Shown in pieces: positions 1 to 8,083 of a stretch of DNA of 64,000 nucleotides (position 1 is its first letter; each line of letters begins with the position of its first letter). The notes below the pieces were generated by a model. The model ran no database searches and had not been told where the DNA came from. It was given only the letters and a program-made list of their open reading frames with translations. Position numbers and translations under genes: made by a program. The DNA comes from an uncultured Clostridium sp. Its GTDB lineage: Bacteria; Bacillota; Clostridia; TANB77; CAG-508. The stretch is from positions 21,882 through 85,881 of the forward strand of contig CAMMVE010000003.1 of the NCBI GenBank assembly GCA_946500265.1, given 5' to 3'.

Positions 1-1
1 T

Positions 2-751
2 ATAAAATCATATTATGCAGAAAAGAATCATATTGATCCAAGCAAGATTTATGTGGTTTCAGTAATGCCATGTATTGCTAAAAAATATGAAAGTAAAAGA
101 GAAGAAATGGAAGTGGATGGCAAAAGAGATATAGATAGCGTTATTACAACAAGAGAACTTGCAAGAATGATTAAACAAGCAAATATCGAATTTGATAAAT
201 TAGAAGATGAAACATTTGACAGTCCTATGGGAGAAGCAACAGGAGCAGCAGCAATATTTGGAGTGACTGGCGGAGTTATGGAAGCGGCACTTCGCACAGC
301 ATATGAACTTATAACAGGAAAAGAATTAGAAAAACTAGAATTCGAAGAAATAAGAGGAGCAAAGGGAATAAAAAAAGCAACTGTAAAAATAGGAGACAAA
401 GATGTAAAAGTGGCAGTAGCTCATGGACTTGGCAATGCTAGAAGAATAATGGAAGAAATAAAAAATGGAACAGCAGATTACAGTTTTGTAGAAGTAATGG
501 CATGTCCAGGAGGATGCATAATGGGAGGAGGACAACCAATAAAAAGCTCTAAAATCAGAATGACAGTTGATGTAGCCGGAAAAAGAGCAGAAGCAATGTA
601 CTCTATAGACGAAAGAAGCACAATAAGAAAATCACATGAAAATCCAGTATTAAAGCAAATTTACAAAGACTATATAGGAAAACCAGGAGAGCATAGAGCA
701 CACGAACTTTTCCATACGCATTACACTCCAATGGAAGAATATAGAATATAG
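2..751 (+). CDS. [FeFe]-hydrogenase catalytic subunit, C-terminal part (5' end lies outside window)
   Basis: Frame open from window edge; translation ...VVSVMPCIAKKYE... and MACPGGCIMGGGQP (H-cluster Cys motif) typical of HydA C-terminus; stop 749-751. Confidence 0.75.
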   Translation: MKSYYAEKNHIDPSKIYVVSVMPCIAKKYESKREEMEVDGKRDIDSVITTRELARMIKQANIEFDKLEDETFDSPMGEATGAAAIFGVTGGVMEAALRTAYELITGKELEKLEFEEIRGAKGIKKATVKIGDKDVKVAVAHGLGNARRIMEEIKNGTADYSFVEVMACPGGCIMGGGQPIKSSKIRMTVDVAGKRAEAMYSIDERSTIRKSHENPVLKQIYKDYIGKPGEHRAHELFHTHYTPMEEYRI

Positions 752-755
752 GGAT

Positions 756-789
756 TTGTTTTTAGGGACGGAGTTAAAAACAATTTTTC
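756..789 (+). terminator. Intrinsic terminator after hydrogenase gene
   Basis: Hairpin TTGTTTTTA-gggacggag-TAAAAACAA followed by TTTTTC. Confidence 0.5.
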
Positions 790-884
790 ACATATTTTTT
801 GATTACTAGATAATGGCTTTAAAAAAGAATTTTACCGCAAGACCTTTATCTAGTAATTTTTTTGATTAAAAAACAGAAAAGTAC

Positions 885-913
885 TTGAAAAACAAACAGC
901 AATAATGTAAAAT
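885..913 (+). promoter_or_regulatory. Sigma-A-like promoter of surface-protein cassette copy 1 (TTGAAA-17-TAAAAT)
   Basis: -35 TTGAAA 885-890, 17-nt spacer, -10 TAAAAT 908-913; same architecture at 3947, 17193, 58296 and 37352. Confidence 0.45.
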
Positions 914-1034
914 AAGAACATATCAAGAATCATATAGCCTAAAGTCAAATAATTGAAATACAAAATAATAGGGCAAAAAATAATACAAAAAAATAAAACA
1001 TAAGACGAGTATAATGGAAAAGGAGAAAAGACAC

Positions 1035-1103
1035 ATGAAAAGAAATAGAAACGCCAGAACCGTTGATACTGTAAGAGAGAGAGAGAGAGAGAGAGTAATT
1101 TAG
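1035..1103 (+). CDS. Putative leader-peptide uORF (MKRNRNARTVDTVRERERERVI) spanning the (AG)11 tract
   Basis: AAGGAG ~11 nt upstream of ATG 1035; equivalent SD-preceded uORFs at 4090-4146, 17278-17331, 58383-58484; translation unproven. Confidence 0.3.
   Translation: MKRNRNARTVDTVRERERERVI
1074..1095. repeat. (AG)11 dinucleotide microsatellite
   Basis: Perfect AG x11 read directly; identical tract at 4120-4141 and 17307-17328. Confidence 0.95.
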
Positions 1104-1286
1104 AAAAATTAAGCTTTATTTGTTGTGCACAAAATAAAATAGAAATAAAAAATAGATATGAGAGCATAAATAAAACAGATTATTTTGCAATATTTGAGTT
1201 GATAGTTACAAAGCAACTATTATTGCAGGATAGTCTGTTTTATTGACCTTTTGAAAAGAACAATACAAATTTCAGGAGGTAAGAAA

Positions 1287-3251
1287 ATGTTAATAAAAAT
1301 AAAAAGTAATGATATAGAAAAATCAGAAAAAGACAATGGTATAACATTAGTTGCATTAGTAATAACGGTAATAATTATAATAATTCTAGCGACGGTAACA
1401 CTAAACTTTACATTCGGAGAAGATGGAATAATAACGAAGGCAAACCAAGCAAAATACATGGCAGAATTATCAACATTTCAAGAAGAACTAGGGCTATATA
1501 AAGCAAATAAACAAATCTCAGAAGAAGGATTTAGTGCAGAGAGTATAACAGCAGGAGAAGGAAACTTAAGTTATGTAACAGATGATGGAATAGTAACAGA
1601 AGGAACAATATATGATGTAATAACAAGTTTAAGAGGAAGTAGTTTTGCAGGCAAAATGGAGATAATAAAAGGAGAGCTACTAATAAACTCACAAGATATG
1701 GAGGAGATAAGAGTAGCACAAAGTATGGGAATACAAGTAAATCCATATATAATAGTAGATGGAGAACTAAAGTCAGATGGAGCAAACCTAGCACTAATGG
1801 ATAGTTCTGGAACACTAACAATACCAGATGGAGTAACAGCAATAGGAGAGGGAGCATTTGCAGATTTAAGTGGATTAAAAACAATAATAATACCAGGGAC
1901 AGTAAAAGAAATAAGGCAAAATGCATTTAGAAATAATGCAGATTTAGAGAATGTGATTTTACAAGAAGGAGTGGAAGTAATAGGATATAGAGCTTTTCAA
2001 GAATGTGGTAACCTAAAAAATGTAGAATTACCAGAGAGCTTGATAGAGATAGGCGCGGGTGCATTTTTTAGATGCAGTAGTATAAATAATATAATAATAC
2101 CATCGAAGATAGAAATAATAAATGCTTATACTTTTTATTATTGTACTAGTTTGACAAATATAGAATTACCAGATGGACTACAAACAATAGGTGGTTGGTC
2201 TTTTCAAAATTGTACTAGTTTAGAAGAAATATATATACCAGGGAGCGTAAATAGCATAAATAGTACCGCATTTATGAACTGTACAAGTTTAAACAATATA
2301 GAAGTGGCAAGTGGTAATCAACATTATAAATATGATGAGGCAAGTGGAATGTTAATAACAACAGATGGAACAAATATTGTATTTATATCTGCTGCAATTT
2401 TAAGAAGCACAAACACTTTAAACATACCACAAGGAGTAACAAGTTTTACTACAGACATAAGTGAATATAGAAATATAACAACCATAATAATACCAACAAG
2501 TTTAGAAAGAATAGGAACTGCGGAAATATTCCCATTAACAATAAGTAATGTAGAAGTGGCAGAAGGTAACAATTATTTTACAGAGGAAAATGAGTGCTTA
2601 TATAATAAAGATAAAACCAATTTAATTATGTGCTTTACAAAAGATTCAACAGTAAAACTAGCAGATACATTAACAACAGTAAACGATTTTTCATTTAAAC
2701 AAGCACCTAACATAGGACAAGTGAATTTCCCAGATGCTGTTACCACTATAGGAGCTCAAGTATTCACACCTGGCCTTACAAGTTTGGAAAATATAAATAT
2801 AGGGCCAAATGTAACATATATACATCCACTATTTAAATGGAATAATTATTATGGAGAAGTAACAATAGATGCAAATAACCCAAACTACACTATAGAAGAT
2901 AATGAGATATATAACAAGGATAAAACCGAATTAATAGCAGTCTTGTATGAAATTAATGGGCAATACATTGTAAAAGAAGGAGTGACAAAAATAGGAGATA
3001 ATGCATTACATTATAGAACAAATATGACTTCGATAGTACTACCAGATGGATTAAAAGAAATAGGAAGTTCTTTCCAAAATAGTGGATTAACTACAATATA
3101 TATACCAAACAGTGTAGACACGATAGAAAGTAATGCTTTTCTAAATGCAGCAAATCTAACTCAAATCCAAATAGACAAAGAGCCTGGAAGTATAGCAGGC
3201 TCGCCATGGGGAGCAATAAGAGGAGATAGAATAGTAGAGTGGCTAAGATAA
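1287..3251 (+). CDS. BspA-type leucine-rich-repeat (LRR_5-like) surface protein with prepilin-like N-terminal hydrophobic segment
   Basis: AGGAGG 8 nt before ATG 1287 (ORF-track start 1251 has no RBS); repeated ~23-aa units xIGxxAFxxCxxLxxIxIPxSVxxI; N-term KDNG-ITLVALVITVIIIIIL resembles class III signal (Ala not Glu at +5). Confidence 0.8.
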   Translation: MLIKIKSNDIEKSEKDNGITLVALVITVIIIIILATVTLNFTFGEDGIITKANQAKYMAELSTFQEELGLYKANKQISEEGFSAESITAGEGNLSYVTDDGIVTEGTIYDVITSLRGSSFAGKMEIIKGELLINSQDMEEIRVAQSMGIQVNPYIIVDGELKSDGANLALMDSSGTLTIPDGVTAIGEGAFADLSGLKTIIIPGTVKEIRQNAFRNNADLENVILQEGVEVIGYRAFQECGNLKNVELPESLIEIGAGAFFRCSSINNIIIPSKIEIINAYTFYYCTSLTNIELPDGLQTIGGWSFQNCTSLEEIYIPGSVNSINSTAFMNCTSLNNIEVASGNQHYKYDEASGMLITTDGTNIVFISAAILRSTNTLNIPQGVTSFTTDISEYRNITTIIIPTSLERIGTAEIFPLTISNVEVAEGNNYFTEENECLYNKDKTNLIMCFTKDSTVKLADTLTTVNDFSFKQAPNIGQVNFPDAVTTIGAQVFTPGLTSLENINIGPNVTYIHPLFKWNNYYGEVTIDANNPNYTIEDNEIYNKDKTELIAVLYEINGQYIVKEGVTKIGDNALHYRTNMTSIVLPDGLKEIGSSFQNSGLTTIYIPNSVDTIESNAFLNAANLTQIQIDKEPGSIAGSPWGAIRGDRIVEWLR

Positions 3252-3335
3252 GATTAGTTTTAGAGTAAATAAAAGGCTGATTCAAAAATATTATGCAAAA
3301 GAAAATTGCCTACAAAATATTAAAAAAATAAATGA

Positions 3336-3373
3336 AAAATTGGTGGAGAATTAGCTCCTCTACCAATTTTTTG
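3336..3373 (+). terminator. Intrinsic terminator after LRR gene 1
   Basis: Imperfect hairpin AATTGGTGGAG..CTCCTCTACCAATT followed by TTTTTTG. Confidence 0.45.
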
Positions 3374-3639
3374 TTAGCATCAAACTAACAAATAAATTAA
3401 AAAATCCGTTACTTGTCCCAAAATGTGATTTGATAAATAGCTTTAATATAGTAATTTAAAAAAAATTATGATATACTAATGAGTATATAAAGATTAGTTT
3501 CAACGAAATAGCGGACAAGTATGTTTAATAAATTTGATTAACTAATAGTATAAATATAAAAATGGAGAAGAAATTATACATGTACATTTTGAAAGACTAA
3601 CTGACAATGGATTTGATAGTGTTAGGTTTGAACTTCCAA

Positions 3640-3870
3640 GTTGTAAAATACTATACAGATGAAGAAATAGAAATGTTTAGAGCGATAGTAGAAAGAGGTT
3701 TGCCATCTTTTTATAGATGGGCTAGACAAGGAGGGATTCTTAGTGCCTAATATACTAGAAATTTTACGGTTATAAAATTTATTTTTGGTCAAATGAGAAT
3801 AATGAGCCTATTCATATACACATTTCAAAAGGAAAGACAACACAAAACCCAGAGCAAGAAGTAAGATTTT
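3640..3870 (+). pseudogene. Degraded remnants of a DUF4160-like gene (..NENNEPIHIHISKGK.. motif) and a neighbouring small gene, split over frames
   Basis: Short frames ..YYTDEEIEMFRAIVERGLPSFYRWARQGGILSA* and ..TVIKFIFGQ / NENNEPIHIHISKGKTTQNPEQEVRFYC*; NEPxHxH motif recalled for DUF4160; no intact ORF. Confidence 0.3.
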
Positions 3871-3946
3871 ATTGTTAATGGTTGGAAGTTATAAGTTATA
3901 ATATATAAAGTTATTCCGTGAAGATGTAAAAAAATAAAATATATAC

Positions 3947-3975
3947 TTGAAAAATAGATGCTAATAAGGTAAAAT
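3947..3975 (+). promoter_or_regulatory. Promoter of cassette copy 2 (TTGAAA-17-TAAAAT)
   Basis: -35 3947-3952, -10 3970-3975; same context as 885-913. Confidence 0.45.
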
Positions 3976-4334
3976 AGAAAAAGTTAATATAAAAGAAGGA
4001 TATATAGCAAAAAGAGTAAATTTTAAACAGCATATTGCGTATTAAATAACGATAAGCATAAGAGTAAAAAACGAAGGAGAATGAAAAAAATGAAAAACCA
4101 GCAAACCGTTGATATTGTAAGAGAGAGAGAGAGAGAGAGAGCATAATTTAGAGAAATTAAGCTTTATTTGTGATGCACAAAATAAAGTAGAAATAAAAAA
4201 TAAATATGAGTATATAAATAAAACAGATTATTTTGCAATATTTAAGTTGACAGATACAAAGCAACCATTATTGCAGGATAGTCTGTTTTATTGACCTCTT
4301 GAAAAGAACAATATAAATTTCAGGAGGTAAGAAA
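3976..4334 (+). promoter_or_regulatory. Conserved 5' leader copy 2 (uORF 4090-4146 with (AG)11, GGATAGTCTGTTTT at 4276-4289)
   Basis: Near-identical to 914-1286. Confidence 0.4.
4120..4141. repeat. (AG)11 microsatellite
   Basis: Perfect AG x11. Confidence 0.95.
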
Positions 4335-6308
4335 ATGTTAATAAAAATAAAAAGTAATGATATAGAAAAATCAGAAAAAGACAATGGTATAACATTAGTT
4401 GCATTAGTAATAACGGTAATAATTATAATAATTCTAGCGACGGTAACACTAAACTTTACATTCGGAGAAGATGGAATAATAACGAAGGCAAACCAAGCAA
4501 AATACATGGCAGAATTATCAACATTTCAAGAAGAACTAGGGCTATATAAAGCAAATAAACAAATCTCAGAAGAAGGATTTAGTGCAGAGAGTATAACAGC
4601 AGGAGAAGGAAACTTAAGTTATGTAACAGATGATGGAATAGTAACAGAAGGAACAATATATGATGTAATAACAAGTTTAAGAGGAAGTAGTTTTGCAGGT
4701 AAATTAGAAATAATAAAAGGAGAGCTACTAATAAATTCACAAGATATGGAAGAAATAAAAGTAGCACAAAGTATGGGAATACAAGTAAATCCATACATAA
4801 TAATAGATGGAGAACTAAAGTCAGATGGAGCAAACTTAGCACTAATGGATAGCACAGGGACATTAACAATACCGGATGGAGTAACGAAGATAGGAAATGG
4901 AGCATTTGCAAACTTAAGTGGCTTAAAGACAATAATAATACCAGGAACAGTAAAAGAGATAGGACAAGATGCTTTTAGAAATAATGCGGATTTAGAAAGA
5001 GTGATATTACAAGAAGGTGTAGAAATAATAGGTACAAGTGCATTTTATAGGTGTGAAAACCTTACAAATATAAGTTTACCCAACAGCATAAAAACTATAA
5101 AAAATCAAGCTTTTATGGAATGTGATGTTTTAGACAATATATCAATACCAAATCAAATACAGATAATAGAAAACTATACATTTTATAGTTGTGACAATTT
5201 GACAAATTTAAAATTATCAGATAGTTTACAAAAAATAGAAGCTGCTGCTTTTGCTGGTTGTACAAAATTAAATAATATCTATTTGCCTATGAATTTAAAA
5301 GATATAACATATAATGCATTTGATAATTGCATAAATTTAATAAATATAGAAATAGCGAAAGAAAATACGAAATATAGTTATAATAAAGAAAATGGAATAT
5401 TATTAGATATAGAAAGCAATGACATTATATTCATATCAAGTTCAGCATTAAATAATATAACCACATTTAGTATACCAGATGGAATTAGAGAATTTAAAAA
5501 TGATATTAGTCAATATACTAATATACAAACAATAATTATACCTAAGAGTTTAGAAAAGATTTATTTGATAGAAATTCTTCCAAAAAGTATATCAAATATA
5601 GAAATTATTGAAGGAAATACAAATTTTGTTGTTGAAAATGAATGCTTATACAATACAGATAAAACAGAATTAATGTTATGTTTTACAAAAGATACAGAAG
5701 TAAATTTAGCAAGTAGCATAGTAAAAGTATATGATTACGCATTTAAGTGTGCACCTAATTTAGAGAATATAACATTTCCTAATTCAGTAACTAGCATAGG
5801 TGGTCAAGCACTAAGAGACTGCACAAAGTTAAAGAATGTATATATAGGACCAAATGTATCATCTATAAATCCAATTTTTAAATTTAAAAACTATAGTGGA
5901 ACAGTAGTTATTGATGAAGCAAATCCAAATTACAGTATTGAAAATAATGAAATATATAATAAAGACAAGACAGAGCTAATTTCTATATTACATGATATTC
6001 AGGGTAGTTATACAGTAAAAGATGGGGTGACTAAAATAGGAGACAGAGTATTTCATTATATGGGGAAAATGACAGAAATAATATTGCCAGAAGGCTTGAA
6101 AGAAATAGGAACTTCTTTTAATTCTTGTACAAGATTAACAGAAATATTTATACCAAACAGTGTAGATAAAATAGCATCAGATGCGTTTAAAAATTCAACA
6201 AACTTAATGCATATACGTATAGATAAAGCTCCAAACACTATAGAAGGAGCACCATGGGGAGCTATAAGCTGGGATAGAGCAGTAGAGTGGCTAAGACCGG
6301 AAGAATAA
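4335..6308 (+). CDS. BspA-type LRR surface protein paralog with prepilin-like N-terminus
   Basis: AGGAGG before ATG 4335; first ~140 aa near-identical to gene at 1287 then divergent LRR_5-like repeats; C-terminal APWGAISWDRAVEWLR shared. Confidence 0.85.
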   Translation: MLIKIKSNDIEKSEKDNGITLVALVITVIIIIILATVTLNFTFGEDGIITKANQAKYMAELSTFQEELGLYKANKQISEEGFSAESITAGEGNLSYVTDDGIVTEGTIYDVITSLRGSSFAGKLEIIKGELLINSQDMEEIKVAQSMGIQVNPYIIIDGELKSDGANLALMDSTGTLTIPDGVTKIGNGAFANLSGLKTIIIPGTVKEIGQDAFRNNADLERVILQEGVEIIGTSAFYRCENLTNISLPNSIKTIKNQAFMECDVLDNISIPNQIQIIENYTFYSCDNLTNLKLSDSLQKIEAAAFAGCTKLNNIYLPMNLKDITYNAFDNCINLINIEIAKENTKYSYNKENGILLDIESNDIIFISSSALNNITTFSIPDGIREFKNDISQYTNIQTIIIPKSLEKIYLIEILPKSISNIEIIEGNTNFVVENECLYNTDKTELMLCFTKDTEVNLASSIVKVYDYAFKCAPNLENITFPNSVTSIGGQALRDCTKLKNVYIGPNVSSINPIFKFKNYSGTVVIDEANPNYSIENNEIYNKDKTELISILHDIQGSYTVKDGVTKIGDRVFHYMGKMTEIILPEGLKEIGTSFNSCTRLTEIFIPNSVDKIASDAFKNSTNLMHIRIDKAPNTIEGAPWGAISWDRAVEWLRPEE

Positions 6309-6800
6309 ATGAGCACAGTACTCATATAGCAGAAAAAGTATAAAAATGCAAGAACACGATAATATAATAAGGAATTGCTTACTCCAAAGTTATACAAAGG
6401 TCGAAATATATCATAAAATGTCGAAAAGTTATGATTGATTTCGACCTATATTTGTGATATAAATATAAACATAATGATTAGGTCTAATGTGCAATTCAAA
6501 TTATTACTTTATGAAATAGTTTAATAGTATCTATTTTTTACTCAATAATATAATTAGTTCAATATATTAAAATTGAAATCTTGATTAATTAAAATATTCT
6601 GCATACAAATACATATAAATTTTTATTATTATTTGTTAATATATCTTAATATTTCATTAGTTTTCAATCAAATAAAATCCAAATGATTAATTTAATATAT
6701 TTAATTTAAACAAAATCTCAACAAAAAACCAAGAGAAAAATAAAAAATATACAATGTACACAAGATTTAATTGTTAAATAAATTTTAGGAGGAATTGTGT

Positions 6801-7703
6801 ATGGAACAAAACAAATCAAAAGAAATAAAGAAGGAAGAAATATTATCACCGATGATAGATGTAGTATTTCAAATGTTATTTGGAGAGGTGGGGAGTGAGA
6901 AGATAACACAAGATTTTTTAAGTGCAATATTAAAAGAAAAAATAGAAACAATAAGTTTAGATCAAAATATAGTATTACGAAGAGAGTTACCCAAAGGGAA
7001 AATGGGTATAGTAGATGTGTTAGCAAAAATAAATGACAATGAATTTTGCAATGTAGAAATGCAAATGGCAGACAAAAAGAATATGATAAAGAGGATGTTA
7101 TATTACTGGGCAAGGCAGTATGCAAAAGAAATAGGCAAAAAAGAGGAGTATAAAGAACTAAAAAGGACAATAGTAGTACTAATAGCAAATTTTGAATTTG
7201 ATAAATTGAGAGAATTAGGAGTACATAGCAGATGGAAAATAATAGAGGAAGAAAGGCGAAAAATAGTATTGACAGAGGATTTAGAGTTTAATATAATTGA
7301 AGTACCAAAAATGTATAAGGAGAAACAAGCAAGAGACGAAAAGCTAATAGAATGCCTAAAATTCTTGGAGAATCCGGAAAGCAAAGAGGTGCAGGGGTAT
7401 ATGAAAAAGAATGAGAATATGAAAGAAGCAAGAGAGAAACTAGACAAAATGAGTAAGGATGAGAAAGTAAGAAGGATGGCAGAATTAAGACAAAAGGCAC
7501 TAATGGATGAAAGAGAAGCTGAATATACAGGTTATATTAATGGGTTAGAAGATGGAATAAAGCAAGGAATGAAACAGGGACTAGAGCAAGGAATAGGGCA
7601 AGGATATAGAGAAATTGCGAAGAAAATGAAAGGCAAAGGAAAAGATATAAATGAAATAATTGAATTAACCGGATTAAGTAAAGAAGAAATAGAAAAGTTG
7701 TAA
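6801..7703 (+). CDS. Rpn-family recombination-promoting nuclease / PD-(D/E)XK putative transposase (YhgA-like)
   Basis: TAGGAGG 8 nt before ATG 6801; conserved N-terminal ..MIDVVFQMLFG..FLSAILK..DVLAKIND..NVEMQ.. block and Gly/Gln-rich C-terminal tail typical of the family. Confidence 0.75.
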   Translation: MEQNKSKEIKKEEILSPMIDVVFQMLFGEVGSEKITQDFLSAILKEKIETISLDQNIVLRRELPKGKMGIVDVLAKINDNEFCNVEMQMADKKNMIKRMLYYWARQYAKEIGKKEEYKELKRTIVVLIANFEFDKLRELGVHSRWKIIEEERRKIVLTEDLEFNIIEVPKMYKEKQARDEKLIECLKFLENPESKEVQGYMKKNENMKEAREKLDKMSKDEKVRRMAELRQKALMDEREAEYTGYINGLEDGIKQGMKQGLEQGIGQGYREIAKKMKGKGKDINEIIELTGLSKEEIEKL

Positions 7704-7720
7704 AAAAGTGTTAATGGTAA

Positions 7721-7819
7721 TTAATGCATGTACGTATAGATAAAGAGCCAAATACTATAGAAGGAGCACCATGGGGAGCAATAGCTTGGGCAAAATATGA
7801 TATAAATAACCAAGAATAA
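7721..7819 (+). pseudogene. Orphan 3' fragment of a third BspA-LRR paralog (..LMHVRIDKEPNTIEGAPWGAIAWAKYDINNQE*)
   Basis: 32-codon frame matches C-terminal 30 aa of genes 1287..3251 and 4335..6308 (NLMHIRIDKAPNTIEGAPWGAISW); no upstream ORF. Confidence 0.55.
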
Positions 7820-7976
7820 AAGCTAGATATTCTATTTTAGTTTGCAAGAAGTCAAGAAAAAATTGGCGAAAAATTAGTAGAATTTATTTGCATATTTCTA
7901 CAAAAAATATGATTAAGTAAAAGTATAATAAATATGCAATTTGAAGATATATAGATAAAATATAAAGATAGTATGT

Positions 7977-8078
7977 CATTCGGAGACCTATCCCTTGCCG
8001 ACAAAATGTCGGCTGGAGACCTGTTACCAAAGTGCTAAATTGGTGACTGTGGTCCTGTCCCTGAAGCAACAAAGGAGC
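7977..8078. repeat. B-type palindromic repeat cluster (GCCGACAAAATGTCGGC / GGAGACCTGTCCC units) immediately upstream of era
   Basis: Palindrome GCCGACA-aaa-TGTCGGC; units shared with 55832-55903 and 61197-61262. Confidence 0.55.
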
Positions 8079-8083
8079 AATAT

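Larger units (their letters stand above)
914..1286 (+). promoter_or_regulatory. Conserved ~370-nt 5' leader (uORF, (AG)11, AAAACAGA...GGATAGTCTGTTTT) upstream of LRR gene 1
   Basis: Near-identical to 3976-4334 and related to 17222-17563; inverted repeat AAAACAGA(1172-1179)/TCTGTTTT(1233-1240); AGGAGG before ATG 1287. Confidence 0.4.

Noticed and set aside
49-399. Minus-strand ORFs overlapping real plus-strand genes (e.g. 49..399, 335..535, 1220..1459, 1531..1926, 4579..4932, 17623..18228, 23662..24075, 25386..25835, 58827..59453)
   Set aside because: Low-complexity Leu/Ile/Phe/Ser-rich translations typical of the antisense of AT-rich coding sequence; no RBS, and they overlap well-supported genes.
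1251-1286. Upstream ATG 1251 for LRR gene 1
   Set aside because: No RBS; paralog starts at the equivalent of ATG 1287, which has AGGAGG at optimal spacing.
914-1286. Assignment of the cassette leader to a known c-di-GMP riboswitch class
   Set aside because: Could not recognise GEMM-I/II consensus elements by eye; left as unclassified candidate.
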